This document shows, one piece after another, positions 8,101 to 17,894 of a stretch of 64,000 nt of DNA. Where the stretch lies: contig CAWGLD010000001.1 in the NCBI GenBank assembly GCA_963823335.1, positions 352,001 to 416,000 on the forward strand, read 5' to 3'. Source of the DNA: an uncultured delta proteobacterium. Its GTDB lineage: Bacteria > Desulfobacterota > Desulfobacteria > Desulfobacterales > B30-G6. A program made the position numbers and the translations under genes. Every line of letters begins with the position of its first letter. Position 1 is the first letter of the stretch. A model generated the notes under the pieces. It was not told the DNA's origin and searched no databases. It saw only the letters and a program-made list of their open reading frames with translations.

Positions 8101-10591
8101 ATAGTGCTCCTTTCCGGTCCATGAGGTTGTTGTATGTGTCCATTTCAAGAATTTTTCCCGCCTTCAACACCGCCACTTTATCAAAGTTTTGAATCGTATC
8201 CAGACGATGCACCACGGAAATCAAGGTGCTCTTTTTCTTCCAGCGCCTCTCCAGAAGGTTGAGGATTCGTGTCTGAGACCGGTTGTCAAGGGCCGACGTT
8301 GCCTCGTCCATGATCAGGATCCTGGGACTTTTGAGAAATGCCCTTGCAATGGCCAGTTTCTGTCTCTGACCACCCGAAAGGTTGTCACCCTTGCTACCCA
8401 CATCATAATGCATTCCGATTTCGATTATGCGCTCCAGAAGATCCTCTTCGACTAAAAGCTGGATGATGCTCTGGTCGATGCGTTCCTGGGCAGCTGTATG
8501 GGTCGTGGTGGTTTTACCGAAAAAAATATTGCTCAGAATCGTTTGAGAAAAAATATATTCGGACATCTGGTAAAAGGAATAAACACCGGGATTATCCTCC
8601 GTAATCTTTTTGCGAAACAGTGATCGTCCTTCCAGAATGAGACTTTCCAGCATTTGGGGCATGGACACCATTTTGTGGGCACCCGGTGTAAACCGCAGCA
8701 CCACATCCAGGAGTTTTTGACGATCCATATGGGAAATATCGTGCAGGCGCTTCTTTTTCAAGACGCCCACCAGAGTAATGAGATCATCCAGCTCTGACGG
8801 TTCGATGGGACTTTGATTGAAGAAAATGGCATCCTTGGGCAGATTTCTCAAGATATCCACCGACTGTTTCACCAGTTCGATCCCCAGACTCAGTAACGGC
8901 CGGGTTAAATCCGCCTCATCCAGAAATTGAAGAAAATAGGGATTGCGACAGAGATTCGAGTCGGAAAACGAGGCTTGATTGGGTGTGCCGAAAGTCAGAT
9001 TTTCGGCGATGCTGGAATAATTGAGATATCGCTCCTGGTTGAAAAATTCCACATAATCGGCTAGCTCTTCACCAAATACCTCCTGGAAGTTCTTTCTCAC
9101 ACGAATGAGGGTGCCCACGAGATCCTTATTGCGGTCCTGTACCAGAATCGTATTTAAACCAAACCGCAAGACATCGACAAAAATGCCGGTCTGGTGAAGC
9201 ATTGCAATAATATCGTCCAGCGTCGGCAAGCTGCCGCCGATACCTTGCTCACTTTTTCCCAGCCTGGCCTCACATGAATAGAGAATGTTCTCCTCGATGG
9301 TCCCGCTGAAAATAAAAGGATCTTGCGCAACCAGACCGACGTTATTCACGATATCCCGCTTGGAGAGATCATCGATGTCCTGATCCCCGATCTGGATCTT
9401 CCCGCCGGTATGCTTGTAAAGCTGACCGATACATGCCGCAAGGGTACTTTTCCCGCTGCCCGAAAACCCCACCAGGGCCATGTGTTCACCGGGAGCCAGG
9501 GAAAGATCGATGTTGTCAATCAGCCGGATACCGCTTTCTGTTTCAAAAGACAGATTCCGGGCTTCGATGCTTCCATCCAGATCCAGCGGTTCCCGGTCTT
9601 CGGGTTCGAGAGTAAAATCAGGTTCCCCATCAAAATAGTCCATGGTCCGTCGATACGTCACAGCCCCATCCTGATATACCTGAAAAAACTCTATCAGCTC
9701 TTTCCACGGGTCAAAAAGCTTCTCCTGCGCGGAAACAAACACCACCAGCGAGCCCAGCTCCAATTGTCCCCTGATGGCCAGCCAGCCACCCAGAATAAAG
9801 ACCAGAAAGGGTCCCAGGCTGGTGAAAAAACCGTTCAGAGATTTGATGCCGAAGCGGTACAGACTCCAGACAATCCTGAGTTTCATCAGCTTATCCACCA
9901 GTTTTTCATATTTTCTGTTTTCAATGATATGGGCGCCATTGCCCTGAATTTCATGGATGCCGGACACCGACTCGGTGATGCGGGACGAAAAAATTCTGGA
10001 GGCGTCCACACGCTTCTTGTTGGCCTGATTCACGCGTCGTTGCATGATAGGTAGCAATAGAACGACAACGGGATAGATGCTGAGCGATACCAGCGCCAAA
10101 ACCCAGTTCAGCCAGAAAAGATAGCCGGCAAAGGCCAGCAGGGTCAGCAGATTGGTCACGGGCGCCGCGATGGCCAGACCTACGAAGTTTCCTGGTAGTG
10201 TCAACTCGGCAGAAAGGGAATTTACCACCAGGCCGGCCTGTGTCTTTCGGAAAAATCCCAATGGCAGGGTCAGGATATGAGCATAGAGTGCCTTTCGCAT
10301 GCGAGCAGTGGTACGCTCGGAAATCAAGGTCTGAATCAGACTGGTCAAAAACTTGAGACCGCTGGAACAGACAACAGCAAGTAAATAGATACCACAATAG
10401 CTCAGCAGCAGATCTATTTTCCTGAGGTTGATGGCTTCGTTGACGATGCGTTTCTGCATCTCGAGGGGCAACACGCGGGCAAATACCATCACGACAATAA
10501 TCAGCAGCAGCAGCAACTGCAACCTTAAATTGCCGGGAAATATCCATGAAAGCAGTGATCTCTTGACGACAGGAATGTCAGCCTTGGGCAT
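8078..10591 (-). CDS. ABC exporter, TMD fused to an NBD with a large insertion
   Basis: N-terminal TMD; Walker A GFSGSGKST and Q-loop VAQDP; then roughly 300 aa before LSGGQRQK, ILIMDE and the H-loop. Confidence 0.9.
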   Translation of the reverse strand: MPKADIPVVKRSLLSWIFPGNLRLQLLLLLIIVVMVFARVLPLEMQKRIVNEAINLRKIDLLLSYCGIYLLAVVCSSGLKFLTSLIQTLISERTTARMRKALYAHILTLPLGFFRKTQAGLVVNSLSAELTLPGNFVGLAIAAPVTNLLTLLAFAGYLFWLNWVLALVSLSIYPVVVLLLPIMQRRVNQANKKRVDASRIFSSRITESVSGIHEIQGNGAHIIENRKYEKLVDKLMKLRIVWSLYRFGIKSLNGFFTSLGPFLVFILGGWLAIRGQLELGSLVVFVSAQEKLFDPWKELIEFFQVYQDGAVTYRRTMDYFDGEPDFTLEPEDREPLDLDGSIEARNLSFETESGIRLIDNIDLSLAPGEHMALVGFSGSGKSTLAACIGQLYKHTGGKIQIGDQDIDDLSKRDIVNNVGLVAQDPFIFSGTIEENILYSCEARLGKSEQGIGGSLPTLDDIIAMLHQTGIFVDVLRFGLNTILVQDRNKDLVGTLIRVRKNFQEVFGEELADYVEFFNQERYLNYSSIAENLTFGTPNQASFSDSNLCRNPYFLQFLDEADLTRPLLSLGIELVKQSVDILRNLPKDAIFFNQSPIEPSELDDLITLVGVLKKKRLHDISHMDRQKLLDVVLRFTPGAHKMVSMPQMLESLILEGRSLFRKKITEDNPGVYSFYQMSEYIFSQTILSNIFFGKTTTTHTAAQERIDQSIIQLLVEEDLLERIIEIGMHYDVGSKGDNLSGGQRQKLAIARAFLKSPRILIMDEATSALDNRSQTRILNLLERRWKKKSTLISVVHRLDTIQNFDKVAVLKAGKILEMDTYNNLMDRKGALYELVGNK

Positions 10592-10609
10592 AACACGCTC
10601 CTTGGTGTG

Positions 10610-10755
10610 TAGAAGCTATCTCAAAAATGTCTTTTAGTCCAAATCCTGCGTTGGGACCTCGTTTCAAGTCTTCAACATACTTGCGTATGCCTGCGGGTTG
10701 AAACTTGGATCCGCCTTGACTTTGAACCAAAATCCTATTTTGGATATGGCTTCTA
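10610..10755. mobile_element. MITE family 1, short copy
   Basis: Ends TAGAAGCTATCTCAAAA ... TTTTGGATATGGCTTCTA; internal sequence alignable with copies at 22338 and 26897. Confidence 0.75.
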
Positions 10756-10833
10756 ATCTTATGTCTATTTTGTGCGTGATGTGAAATGGGTCAATAAATA
10801 AGGATTCGAGGGATCGATAGACACAACGATGCT

Positions 10834-10879
10834 CTAAGCTGTAAGCGCTAAGCTGCTTATAGCTTAAGGCTTACAGCTC
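10834..10879. repeat. Heptamer-based palindromic repeat
   Basis: ctaagctgtaaagcgctaagc tgcttatagcttaaggcttacagc. Confidence 0.55.
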
Positions 10880-10928
10880 AGTTTCCTGAAATCCTCAAAG
10901 ACCACGGTCTTTCCTTGATTGACGATAG

Positions 10929-11005
10929 TGAACCGCAACAGCGAGCGCATTCCTCGTAGGTTCTGCCGTTCGGCAGTGCTTCGCAAGCTGCAAGGTTCTT
11001 CAATT
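10929..11005 (-). mobile_element. MITE family 2, internally deleted copy
   Basis: Reverse complement of both ends of 22781-22903 (TGAACCGCAACAGCGAGCGCATTCC... / ...AGGTTCTTCAAT). Confidence 0.7.
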
Positions 11006-11012
11006 AACGTAC

Positions 11013-12545
11013 TCATAGCAGCTTGATCACCACCAGCGTAACATCATCTTCCTGGGGAGCGTCTCCCTTGAATGTTTGCAGCTCATGGATGATAGCGTTC
11101 TGGATGGTCTCTGCGGAGGCAGTGCTGTGTTTTCGGACGATCTCATGGGATCCCGCCTGCCCGAACATGGTGTCTTCCCGATTCCGGCTTTCATGAATGC
11201 CGTCTGTTCCAACAATCAGAACACTGCCGGGGACCCAACCTTGCCGTTCGTACATCTGGAACTGGTAGTCCTCCACAATACCCAGCGCCATGCCTTTCCC
11301 GGACAGTTCTTCGAACTTGCCATTGCTGGGGTCAAACAGGATGGCAGGCTCATGTCCGGCGCGAACCCAGCGTAAGGTCTGTGATTGCGCATCGATTTCC
11401 AGAAAAAACATGCTTATAAAGCGGCTTGTAACACCACTGTCACGTGTTACGTATTTATTGACTCCTTGCATCAGGTGTGCGGGGTCCTGATATTCTCTCA
11501 CGCTGAGATGCAGAAAGGAACGGGCGCCGGTCATGTGCATGGCAGCGCCAATACCGTGCCCTGAGGCATCCGCCACCACGATGCCGAGTTTCTGATCAGG
11601 CAAATCCAGAAAATCGTAATAATCACCTCCGATTTCATCACAGTAAAGACTGGTCCCTGAAATATCCAGGCGTGGATGATTGGGCGGTCTTTTCGGCAAT
11701 AAATTCTGTTGAATCTCCTCTGCCATCTTGAGATCATTGATGAGCCGCATCCGGTGCCGCAACCCTTCGATCATGTTGTTCGTGTGACCTGCAATAATAC
11801 CAAATTCATCATTGGTGGCAATAGGAACCTTGCGCGTAAGATCGCCCTGACTGACCCGCTCCAGGACCCTGGTTTCATTTGAAAACAAAAGCTTCAGATT
11901 TTTCGAATAGGAAACAATCAGGTTAATGACCAGGGCAAGCATGACCACCATGATAAAAAAGACTTCATAAGCAACAGACATTTGTGCTGTCACAAGGGCG
12001 TTGGTTGACGAGTCCAGACCGGCCAGCCATACGATGTCACGGGTAAATACCAAAACGAGAATAATCGAAAAAAACAGCACCGACGTCAGGGCTGCCAGAA
12101 AAAATTTGCGTGTCATGGAATAAAGATGTTTTGGCGGCTCCTGGTTCCTGTTCAATTCGAGGGTGTTGAAAATAATTTCCCGTTCTCTTTCCAGCGCGGT
12201 GTCCAGAGCCAGAAAAAAGCCGGCCATCAGGCACCCGATCAACAGGGAAAGTGTGCTTGTAATGGGAAAGCCCAACATCAGTACGTTGTAAATACTGGCC
12301 AGAATCCCTGCCATCAGACTTAACAAAATATCCAGGGTAAACTGGCGCTTGGGTTGCAACGTATCTGCTCTGGACAGAACAAACCGCCTCACCAGCGGTC
12401 CTCTTGAAATCAAAGCTGCTGCATATGCAACAAAAAGTATTACCCCCAGCTCCACGGGGGGCATAGCTGCCATGAACGGTCAGACCTGACCACCATATAT
12501 GGTCAGGGTAATGATGGCAAAAATATAATGGGCAATAATGCGCAT
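11013..12545 (-). CDS. Membrane-bound HAMP + SpoIIE (PP2C) phosphatase, RsbU-like; candidate selenoprotein (in-frame TGA at 12482-12480)
   Basis: GGDYYD, ADASGHG, TDG and DDVT PP2C motifs and a HAMP domain. The frame continues upstream through TGA to ATG 12545 with a GGGGA RBS, giving MRIIAHYIFAIITLTIYGGQV*PFM. The ORF-track portion is 11013-12473. Confidence 0.85.
12441..12463 (-). promoter_or_regulatory. Putative bacterial SECIS hairpin
   Basis: mRNA UGCCCCC-CGUGGAGCU-GGGGGUA: 7-bp stem with a G-containing loop starting about 23 nt after the UGA. Confidence 0.5.
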
Positions 12546-12673
12546 GAGACAGTCCCCCAATAAGTTCGTTGGAAGAATTTATGAAACGCGGCAATGCCGC
12601 TCTGAAGAGAAAAGGGTTACCCGGATCACGGAGGTACCCAGCTGTTCTTTAGCGAAATAAGAGATCTACTTCT

Positions 12674-12719
12674 AATTTAAATCTGATCCGCTGTGAAAAC
12701 AGCGCATCAGATTTAAATT
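12674..12719. terminator. Long hairpin downstream of the permease gene
   Basis: AATTTAAATCTGAT-C-CGCTGT GAAA ACAGCG-C-ATCAGATTTAAATT. Confidence 0.55.
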
Positions 12720-12750
12720 TAAGGTAACGATGCGCTGCTATCGTGTCAAG

Positions 12751-15357
12751 TTATGGCAATTTGGACGGCTTGTTCTTTGTATTCTCTGGAGGGCTCAGCT
12801 CCTGTAACAGTTCATCCGGCAGCTTTGCTCCGTTGTCTGCAGCCGCCTGTGCCGCCTGCCGGACCTTGGCCTCCGCTTTGGCTGCCTTTCTGGCGGCCAA
12901 GGCGGCTGCATCCTCGGCCTCGAATACGGCACCACGCACCGTTTGAATCTTGGAAGATGTTTCTTTAAGTTTTTCCACCTCTGAAAGCCGGGCCAGTTCC
13001 TCATCCAGAGCCAGTGAGGCCATCTCAGCCTCCTTCTCCGCTTTTTGCGCTCTTTTTTCTGCCTCCGCCAACTGATCCAAGACCGAGGCTATTTCAGCGG
13101 CTTTGCCTTCTTCCGGTTCAGCCTCGAGATCGATGTCCTCAGCTGCAAGAACCATGGCCACGGAAGGAAGCTGGTTGATAATATTCTCCACAGGTTCACC
13201 AAACGGGCCCAGGGAACGATCTCCCTTGATTTGAAACGGCATCAGGACCAGCGATGCATCGCTGGACTGTTGCACGACCACCGCCGCGTCGATGGTTTCA
13301 AGTTCCACCGGTTCCGCACAAATACGGACATCGTCAAGAAACGTCTTCAGGCTCCCCACCGCTTGTTCCTTGTCCGCCTTGATTGCCGAACTCAACACCC
13401 GGATCCTGGCATCGTCCCAGTTTTTGGAGCGGGTGATCAGATGGGCCAGCAGTAACATCAGGCGACCGGTTGCATCATCCCACCACCATACATCGATCCG
13501 ACGTTCCGTTTCCGGGACCGACAACATCTCCTGCCATCGCTCCCCTTTGGCATCCAGCACAATGATATTGCGCCCCTGTTTAAAAATCCGCTTTAATCGT
13601 CTGTCGTAAAGGGTTTTCCTGATATGCGGCTTGCGGCTGGTTTCATTTGTCAGCCACCCGAACAGGATGGTATTGGTGTGCAGGGGCCCGATGCCTGCGG
13701 CCTGGACCAGCATGTCAACCCCGCGCTCGAAGTTCGATGCCGACACCACCAGCGGAAACGCACCCAGTTCATAAGCAGCGATTTCTTTTTTCAGATCTTT
13801 TTCAGTCTCTTTCTGCAGCTTGATTGCTCTTGCTCCACGTGCCTCAATGAGCTGGACAACCGTAATCAGGCCTGTGTTTCCCGTAATCCAGGAAGCCAGT
13901 GTCAGGAGAGGTGCTCTTCTTTCGGGGCTGTCGGAAAACAGAAGCAGCTGGGGTCTCCAATCTCTGGGGTGCTCAGGCTCTGCGGCCGCCGCCAGCAGGT
14001 GATCCCTCACCAGTTGAAGATGATAAGACCGTTTTCCATCCGCCCATCGCGCCGGGCCGGACGTGCGCTGCAGGTACTGGTAAATGGAAAAAAGAACCGT
14101 CGCAGAAATCAATCCCGCCGTGATATCGATGGCCAACATCACGCCCAGGCACGACAAGCCACCCAAAAGACTCAGGCGGCCGTCGTACCATTTGAACCGA
14201 GGTCGAAAAGAAGGGCTGGCCGCACGGCTTTCAAAATAGGTTGCGTAGTTAAGAAGCCCATAAGAGATCAGAAAAAACATGGAAACAATCGGTGCAATGA
14301 CATTCAGGTTGCCAAGTCCAATGGTCATGATGGCAATACCACCGGCCAGCAGCACGCCTCTTCTGGGATTGTTGCTAACACCTTCTCCTTTAGCAAAGGG
14401 CAGCAGGAAGGGAAAGATTCGATCCGAAGCCAGTGACTGTAATATTCTGGGCGCTCCCAAAAAGGATGCCATGGCAGAAGAAAGGGTTGCCGCAATCACA
14501 CCGGCCGTAATCAGGAAACCGAATGTCGCCACACGGTTCATGGCCGTGTAGTCACCCGTCAGCAACGACTGTGGCAGGGCAGCTGAAAAGATGACCGCCG
14601 ACACAAAATAGATTATGATGGAAACAAATACCGCCAGGAAGGTTCCCAATGGAAGACTCTTTCCAGCATCTTTCAGATCGCCTGACATGCTGATCCCCTG
14701 GGTAAACCCGGTCACAGCTGGGAAAAAAATGGCAAAAAGCAGCCAGAAATCCGGTCCGTCCAAAGGTTGGTGCCAATTGCGCACCAAATTCGCGGTTTCC
14801 CATTTTACAATACCTCCCCAAAAAAAGGATACGAGCGCCACCATCAGAATTCCCATGACCGCATACTGAAAGCGTGTTGCCCAGTCGGCACCCAGCCAGG
14901 CAAAGACAAACAGGAACAGCACCGCACAGGCCGCCACCACCTGCGGCCAATGGGCTCCAAAGATCGACAAAGGAATTACATGGGCCAAGACCTCCCCGAA
15001 GCCGATACAGTAAAAACCGATGGAAACAGACTGAGCCAGAAAAAGAACGATACCCAGGGCACCACCAAATTCCGGTCCAAGGGTCCTCGAAATCAGGTAA
15101 TAGTCTCCGCCGCCCTTGACCTTGATGTTGGTGGCAATAGCCGAAAGAGATATACTGGTCAAAACAGATATCCCGTTGGCCAGAACCAGGATCAACAGCG
15201 CCCGCCCCAATCCGGCGTTACCCACCACATAACCGAGTCGCAGGAAAAGAATGATGCCCAGAATCGTGAGAATGCTGGGCGTGAAAACACCGGAAAAAGT
15301 GCCCAGGGTTCCCGGCCGCTTCAACGAGGTGCCTGTTTGAGAATCATTTTTCATCAT
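12751..15357 (-). CDS. Amino acid permease / SLC12-like cation-chloride cotransporter with an Ala/Glu/Lys-rich tail
   Basis: GVFTPSILTILGIILFLR, GGGDYYLISRTLG, FFPAVTG, FRPRFK and WRPQLL motifs. Start moved to the ATG at 15357 (or 15354) to avoid overlapping the divergent gene. Confidence 0.88.
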   Translation of the reverse strand: MMKNDSQTGTSLKRPGTLGTFSGVFTPSILTILGIILFLRLGYVVGNAGLGRALLILVLANGISVLTSISLSAIATNIKVKGGGDYYLISRTLGPEFGGALGIVLFLAQSVSIGFYCIGFGEVLAHVIPLSIFGAHWPQVVAACAVLFLFVFAWLGADWATRFQYAVMGILMVALVSFFWGGIVKWETANLVRNWHQPLDGPDFWLLFAIFFPAVTGFTQGISMSGDLKDAGKSLPLGTFLAVFVSIIIYFVSAVIFSAALPQSLLTGDYTAMNRVATFGFLITAGVIAATLSSAMASFLGAPRILQSLASDRIFPFLLPFAKGEGVSNNPRRGVLLAGGIAIMTIGLGNLNVIAPIVSMFFLISYGLLNYATYFESRAASPSFRPRFKWYDGRLSLLGGLSCLGVMLAIDITAGLISATVLFSIYQYLQRTSGPARWADGKRSYHLQLVRDHLLAAAAEPEHPRDWRPQLLLFSDSPERRAPLLTLASWITGNTGLITVVQLIEARGARAIKLQKETEKDLKKEIAAYELGAFPLVVSASNFERGVDMLVQAAGIGPLHTNTILFGWLTNETSRKPHIRKTLYDRRLKRIFKQGRNIIVLDAKGERWQEMLSVPETERRIDVWWWDDATGRLMLLLAHLITRSKNWDDARIRVLSSAIKADKEQAVGSLKTFLDDVRICAEPVELETIDAAVVVQQSSDASLVLMPFQIKGDRSLGPFGEPVENIINQLPSVAMVLAAEDIDLEAEPEEGKAAEIASVLDQLAEAEKRAQKAEKEAEMASLALDEELARLSEVEKLKETSSKIQTVRGAVFEAEDAAALAARKAAKAEAKVRQAAQAAADNGAKLPDELLQELSPPENTKNKPSKLP

Positions 15358-15397
15358 CTGTTTGAAATAGTTCATTTCTCGTGCTAAATCAAGAAAT

Positions 15398-16183
15398 ATG
15401 CCCCAACCAGACGAATACAACACCAAGGAAAACATTCTTCGCAGGTCCTATGCCATTCGATCCTACGAGGTCAATGCCGGTGGTCGATTGTCTATACCCT
15501 CCATTTTCAATCTTCTGCAGGATGCCGCCAGCAGCCATGCACTGAAGCTTGGTGTTTCCGTGCCGCAATTGCTTGCCAACAATTACACCTGGGTGCTTTC
15601 GAGAATTTATCTCAAAATGAATCACTATCCTGGATGGGGGAATACGATCCAGGTTCACACATGGCCCTCTGGAATCGAACGGGTATTTGCCTTAAGAGAT
15701 TTTGACATTCACCAGGATGGCAGTAGCATAGGGTCTTGTGTCAGTGCCTGGATCATTATCGATTCAGGCAACCGGCGTCCGCTACGGCCCACGTCCTTTG
15801 CCCGACAGTTAAATCCCGTGGACAGGCAACATGTACTGGATCACCCGCTTGGCAAACTGCCCGTATTGAAGACCCCCCAGATTGAAAAATGTTTCAGCGT
15901 CAGATATCAAGATCTCGACATTAATCAGCATGTCAACAATGTCAGTTATATTGAATGGCTGCTGGAATGCCTTCCCGGTATGGTTGAAAACGGTCTCTGC
16001 CTGTCGGAACTGGAAGTCAATTTCCTGGGAGAAGCGCTCCAAGGAGATATGGTCCGGGCCAGGTGTTGCCCTCAGGATGAGAAAGGTCTGCGGATTGCCC
16101 ACGACGTGCTGCGTGAGGCAGATGGCCGGGAACTGATCCGGGCCAGGACAAGCTGGAAAAATACCAGGATGACAGACAATTAG
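15398..16183 (+). CDS. Acyl-ACP thioesterase
   Basis: IRSYE, LQDAA..HA, RYQDLDINQHVNNVSY motifs. Confidence 0.9.
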   Translation: MPQPDEYNTKENILRRSYAIRSYEVNAGGRLSIPSIFNLLQDAASSHALKLGVSVPQLLANNYTWVLSRIYLKMNHYPGWGNTIQVHTWPSGIERVFALRDFDIHQDGSSIGSCVSAWIIIDSGNRRPLRPTSFARQLNPVDRQHVLDHPLGKLPVLKTPQIEKCFSVRYQDLDINQHVNNVSYIEWLLECLPGMVENGLCLSELEVNFLGEALQGDMVRARCCPQDEKGLRIAHDVLREADGRELIRARTSWKNTRMTDN

Positions 16184-16191
16184 ACTGTAGG

Positions 16192-16289
16192 CTGTAATGC
16201 CGAACAGGGCCAAGAGTCAAAGACAGATTATATTGTAAGCATCTGAATTTAAATTGGTGTGATAAGTTTTATGCTGTTCGGCATAACAG
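16192..16289. repeat. About 100-bp element bounded by 16-bp inverted repeats (MITE-like)
   Basis: CTGTAATGCCGAACAG ... CTGTTCGGCATAACAG (15/16 complementary). Confidence 0.5.
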
Positions 16290-16398
16290 TCACTAAAGAA
16301 CTCAGACAGTTTCACACCCGCTCAGGGATCACCCATCAGTCTTAGCGTCTTACCTTTGTTTGGTTTATACGTCTGACTAATAAAATAAGGCCTTCAAT

Positions 16399-17124
16399 AT
16401 GAAAAAACCGATTCTTATTCTTAAAATGGGCCAGACCCTGCCGCATCTGTACCGGCGGCGAGGCGATTTCGAAGACTGGATAATGACGCCTCTTAAACAT
16501 GCCCGCATGGGCTTCAACGTTGTTGCACCGTATAAAGAGAACCTTCCATCTGATCCCATCGATTTTGCCGGTGTGATCATCACGGGTTCACATACCATGG
16601 TCACGGACAGGGAAGCCTGGAGTGAGCGGACCGCCGCCTGGATACCCCGGGTCATCCACGCGAATGTCCCCCTGCTCGGCATCTGTTATGGGCACCAGCT
16701 TCTGGCACATGCCATGGGGGGTGTGGTGGGAAATTGTCCGGGCGGGATGGAGCTTGGTACGGTTCCTGTCACCTTCACCGACAACGTCGGCAAAGATCCG
16801 CTGTTCAAGGGATTGCCAAACAGCATCCTGGCACATGCCAGTCATACACAAACGGTTCTTCAACTGCCGCCGGATGCCGTCCTCCTGGCTTCCAACAAAG
16901 ATGAACCCAATCACGCTTTTTCCATAGGTCCACATGCCTGGGGTCTCCAGTTCCACCCTGAATTCGATGCCGACATTATGAAAACCTATATCCATGAATT
17001 CGCCGGTCTGATGGAAAGCCATGGGCAAAATCCGCAAAAAGCTGCTGACACGGTCGTCGAAACACCCCACAGCAGGTCGCTGCTGCAACGATTCGCAACG
17101 ATCGCCATAGCCAAAGATAATTAA
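16399..17124 (+). CDS. Class I glutamine amidotransferase (GMP synthase-like, stand-alone)
   Basis: GICYGHQ and QFHPE catalytic motifs. Confidence 0.9.
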   Translation: MKKPILILKMGQTLPHLYRRRGDFEDWIMTPLKHARMGFNVVAPYKENLPSDPIDFAGVIITGSHTMVTDREAWSERTAAWIPRVIHANVPLLGICYGHQLLAHAMGGVVGNCPGGMELGTVPVTFTDNVGKDPLFKGLPNSILAHASHTQTVLQLPPDAVLLASNKDEPNHAFSIGPHAWGLQFHPEFDADIMKTYIHEFAGLMESHGQNPQKAADTVVETPHSRSLLQRFATIAIAKDN

Positions 17125-17241
17125 CGATATTACACTGTTTTCATTTCCTGAAAATTTGATTTTAAGCTGGATTTTTTAATTTGTTTAGGACACGATTGTC
17201 TGCATGTATGTGTATTGCTGACTGGAAATGGAGGGCTGTCC

Positions 17242-17706
17242 ATGAAGATTATGGCCGCCTTGGACCTATCTGATTACGCGGATTTCGTCCTGATCAAGGC
17301 AATTAAAACCGCCAAACAACAGAACGCCAAGATGGACATCGTGGTAGTGGCCGAAGACCACAGCAACGAGAGCGATTCCGCTGAGTGGGAACGGGCCAAT
17401 GAAAAGCTGCTTCAGGATACAACCCGAGCGGCTCGGTCCTACCAGCAAAAGGCCATTGCCCAAGGGGTGAAGGCCAAGGTGCGGGTTCTTTCCGGAGAGT
17501 CTGCGGCAGAGGAGATCATCAAATACCAACAGTCGGAAAAACTGGACCTCATCGTCTTGGGCCGTCGATCCCAAACAGGTCGTGCGACCTTACCCATCGG
17601 CGCTGTAGCCCAAAGAGTGGCTGCCTATGCCACTTGCACGGTCATGGTGGTGCGCTGTTTGGAGAAACGGGACCTTATAGATTGGAATGCGAATAGTCCC
17701 CTATGA
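17242..17706 (+). CDS. Universal stress protein (UspA family)
   Basis: KIMAALDLS, DLIVLGRR, IGAVAQRV...CTVMVV; GGAGG RBS before ATG 17242. Confidence 0.88.
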   Translation: MKIMAALDLSDYADFVLIKAIKTAKQQNAKMDIVVVAEDHSNESDSAEWERANEKLLQDTTRAARSYQQKAIAQGVKAKVRVLSGESAAEEIIKYQQSEKLDLIVLGRRSQTGRATLPIGAVAQRVAAYATCTVMVVRCLEKRDLIDWNANSPL

Positions 17707-17894
17707 TAGGGGCTCGCAAACCCTAAGGTGGTTATTGCAATTATGCAATTTTTCTATATAAGGATTAGAGCGTTTGTCATAATAACGTTCCGATAGCGTC
17801 GGTTTTTTGAGTCCGCAAGGGATTATATATGACATCTAATATGGCCTGATCGCAAATTAGACCAAACGGAACATATACCTGAAAAGAGAAGATA

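Noticed and set aside
12037-12594. 185-aa alternative-frame ORF as a frameshifted phosphatase N-terminus
   Set aside because: The in-frame TGA read-through gives a proper RBS and TM helix, while this frame is not protein-like.
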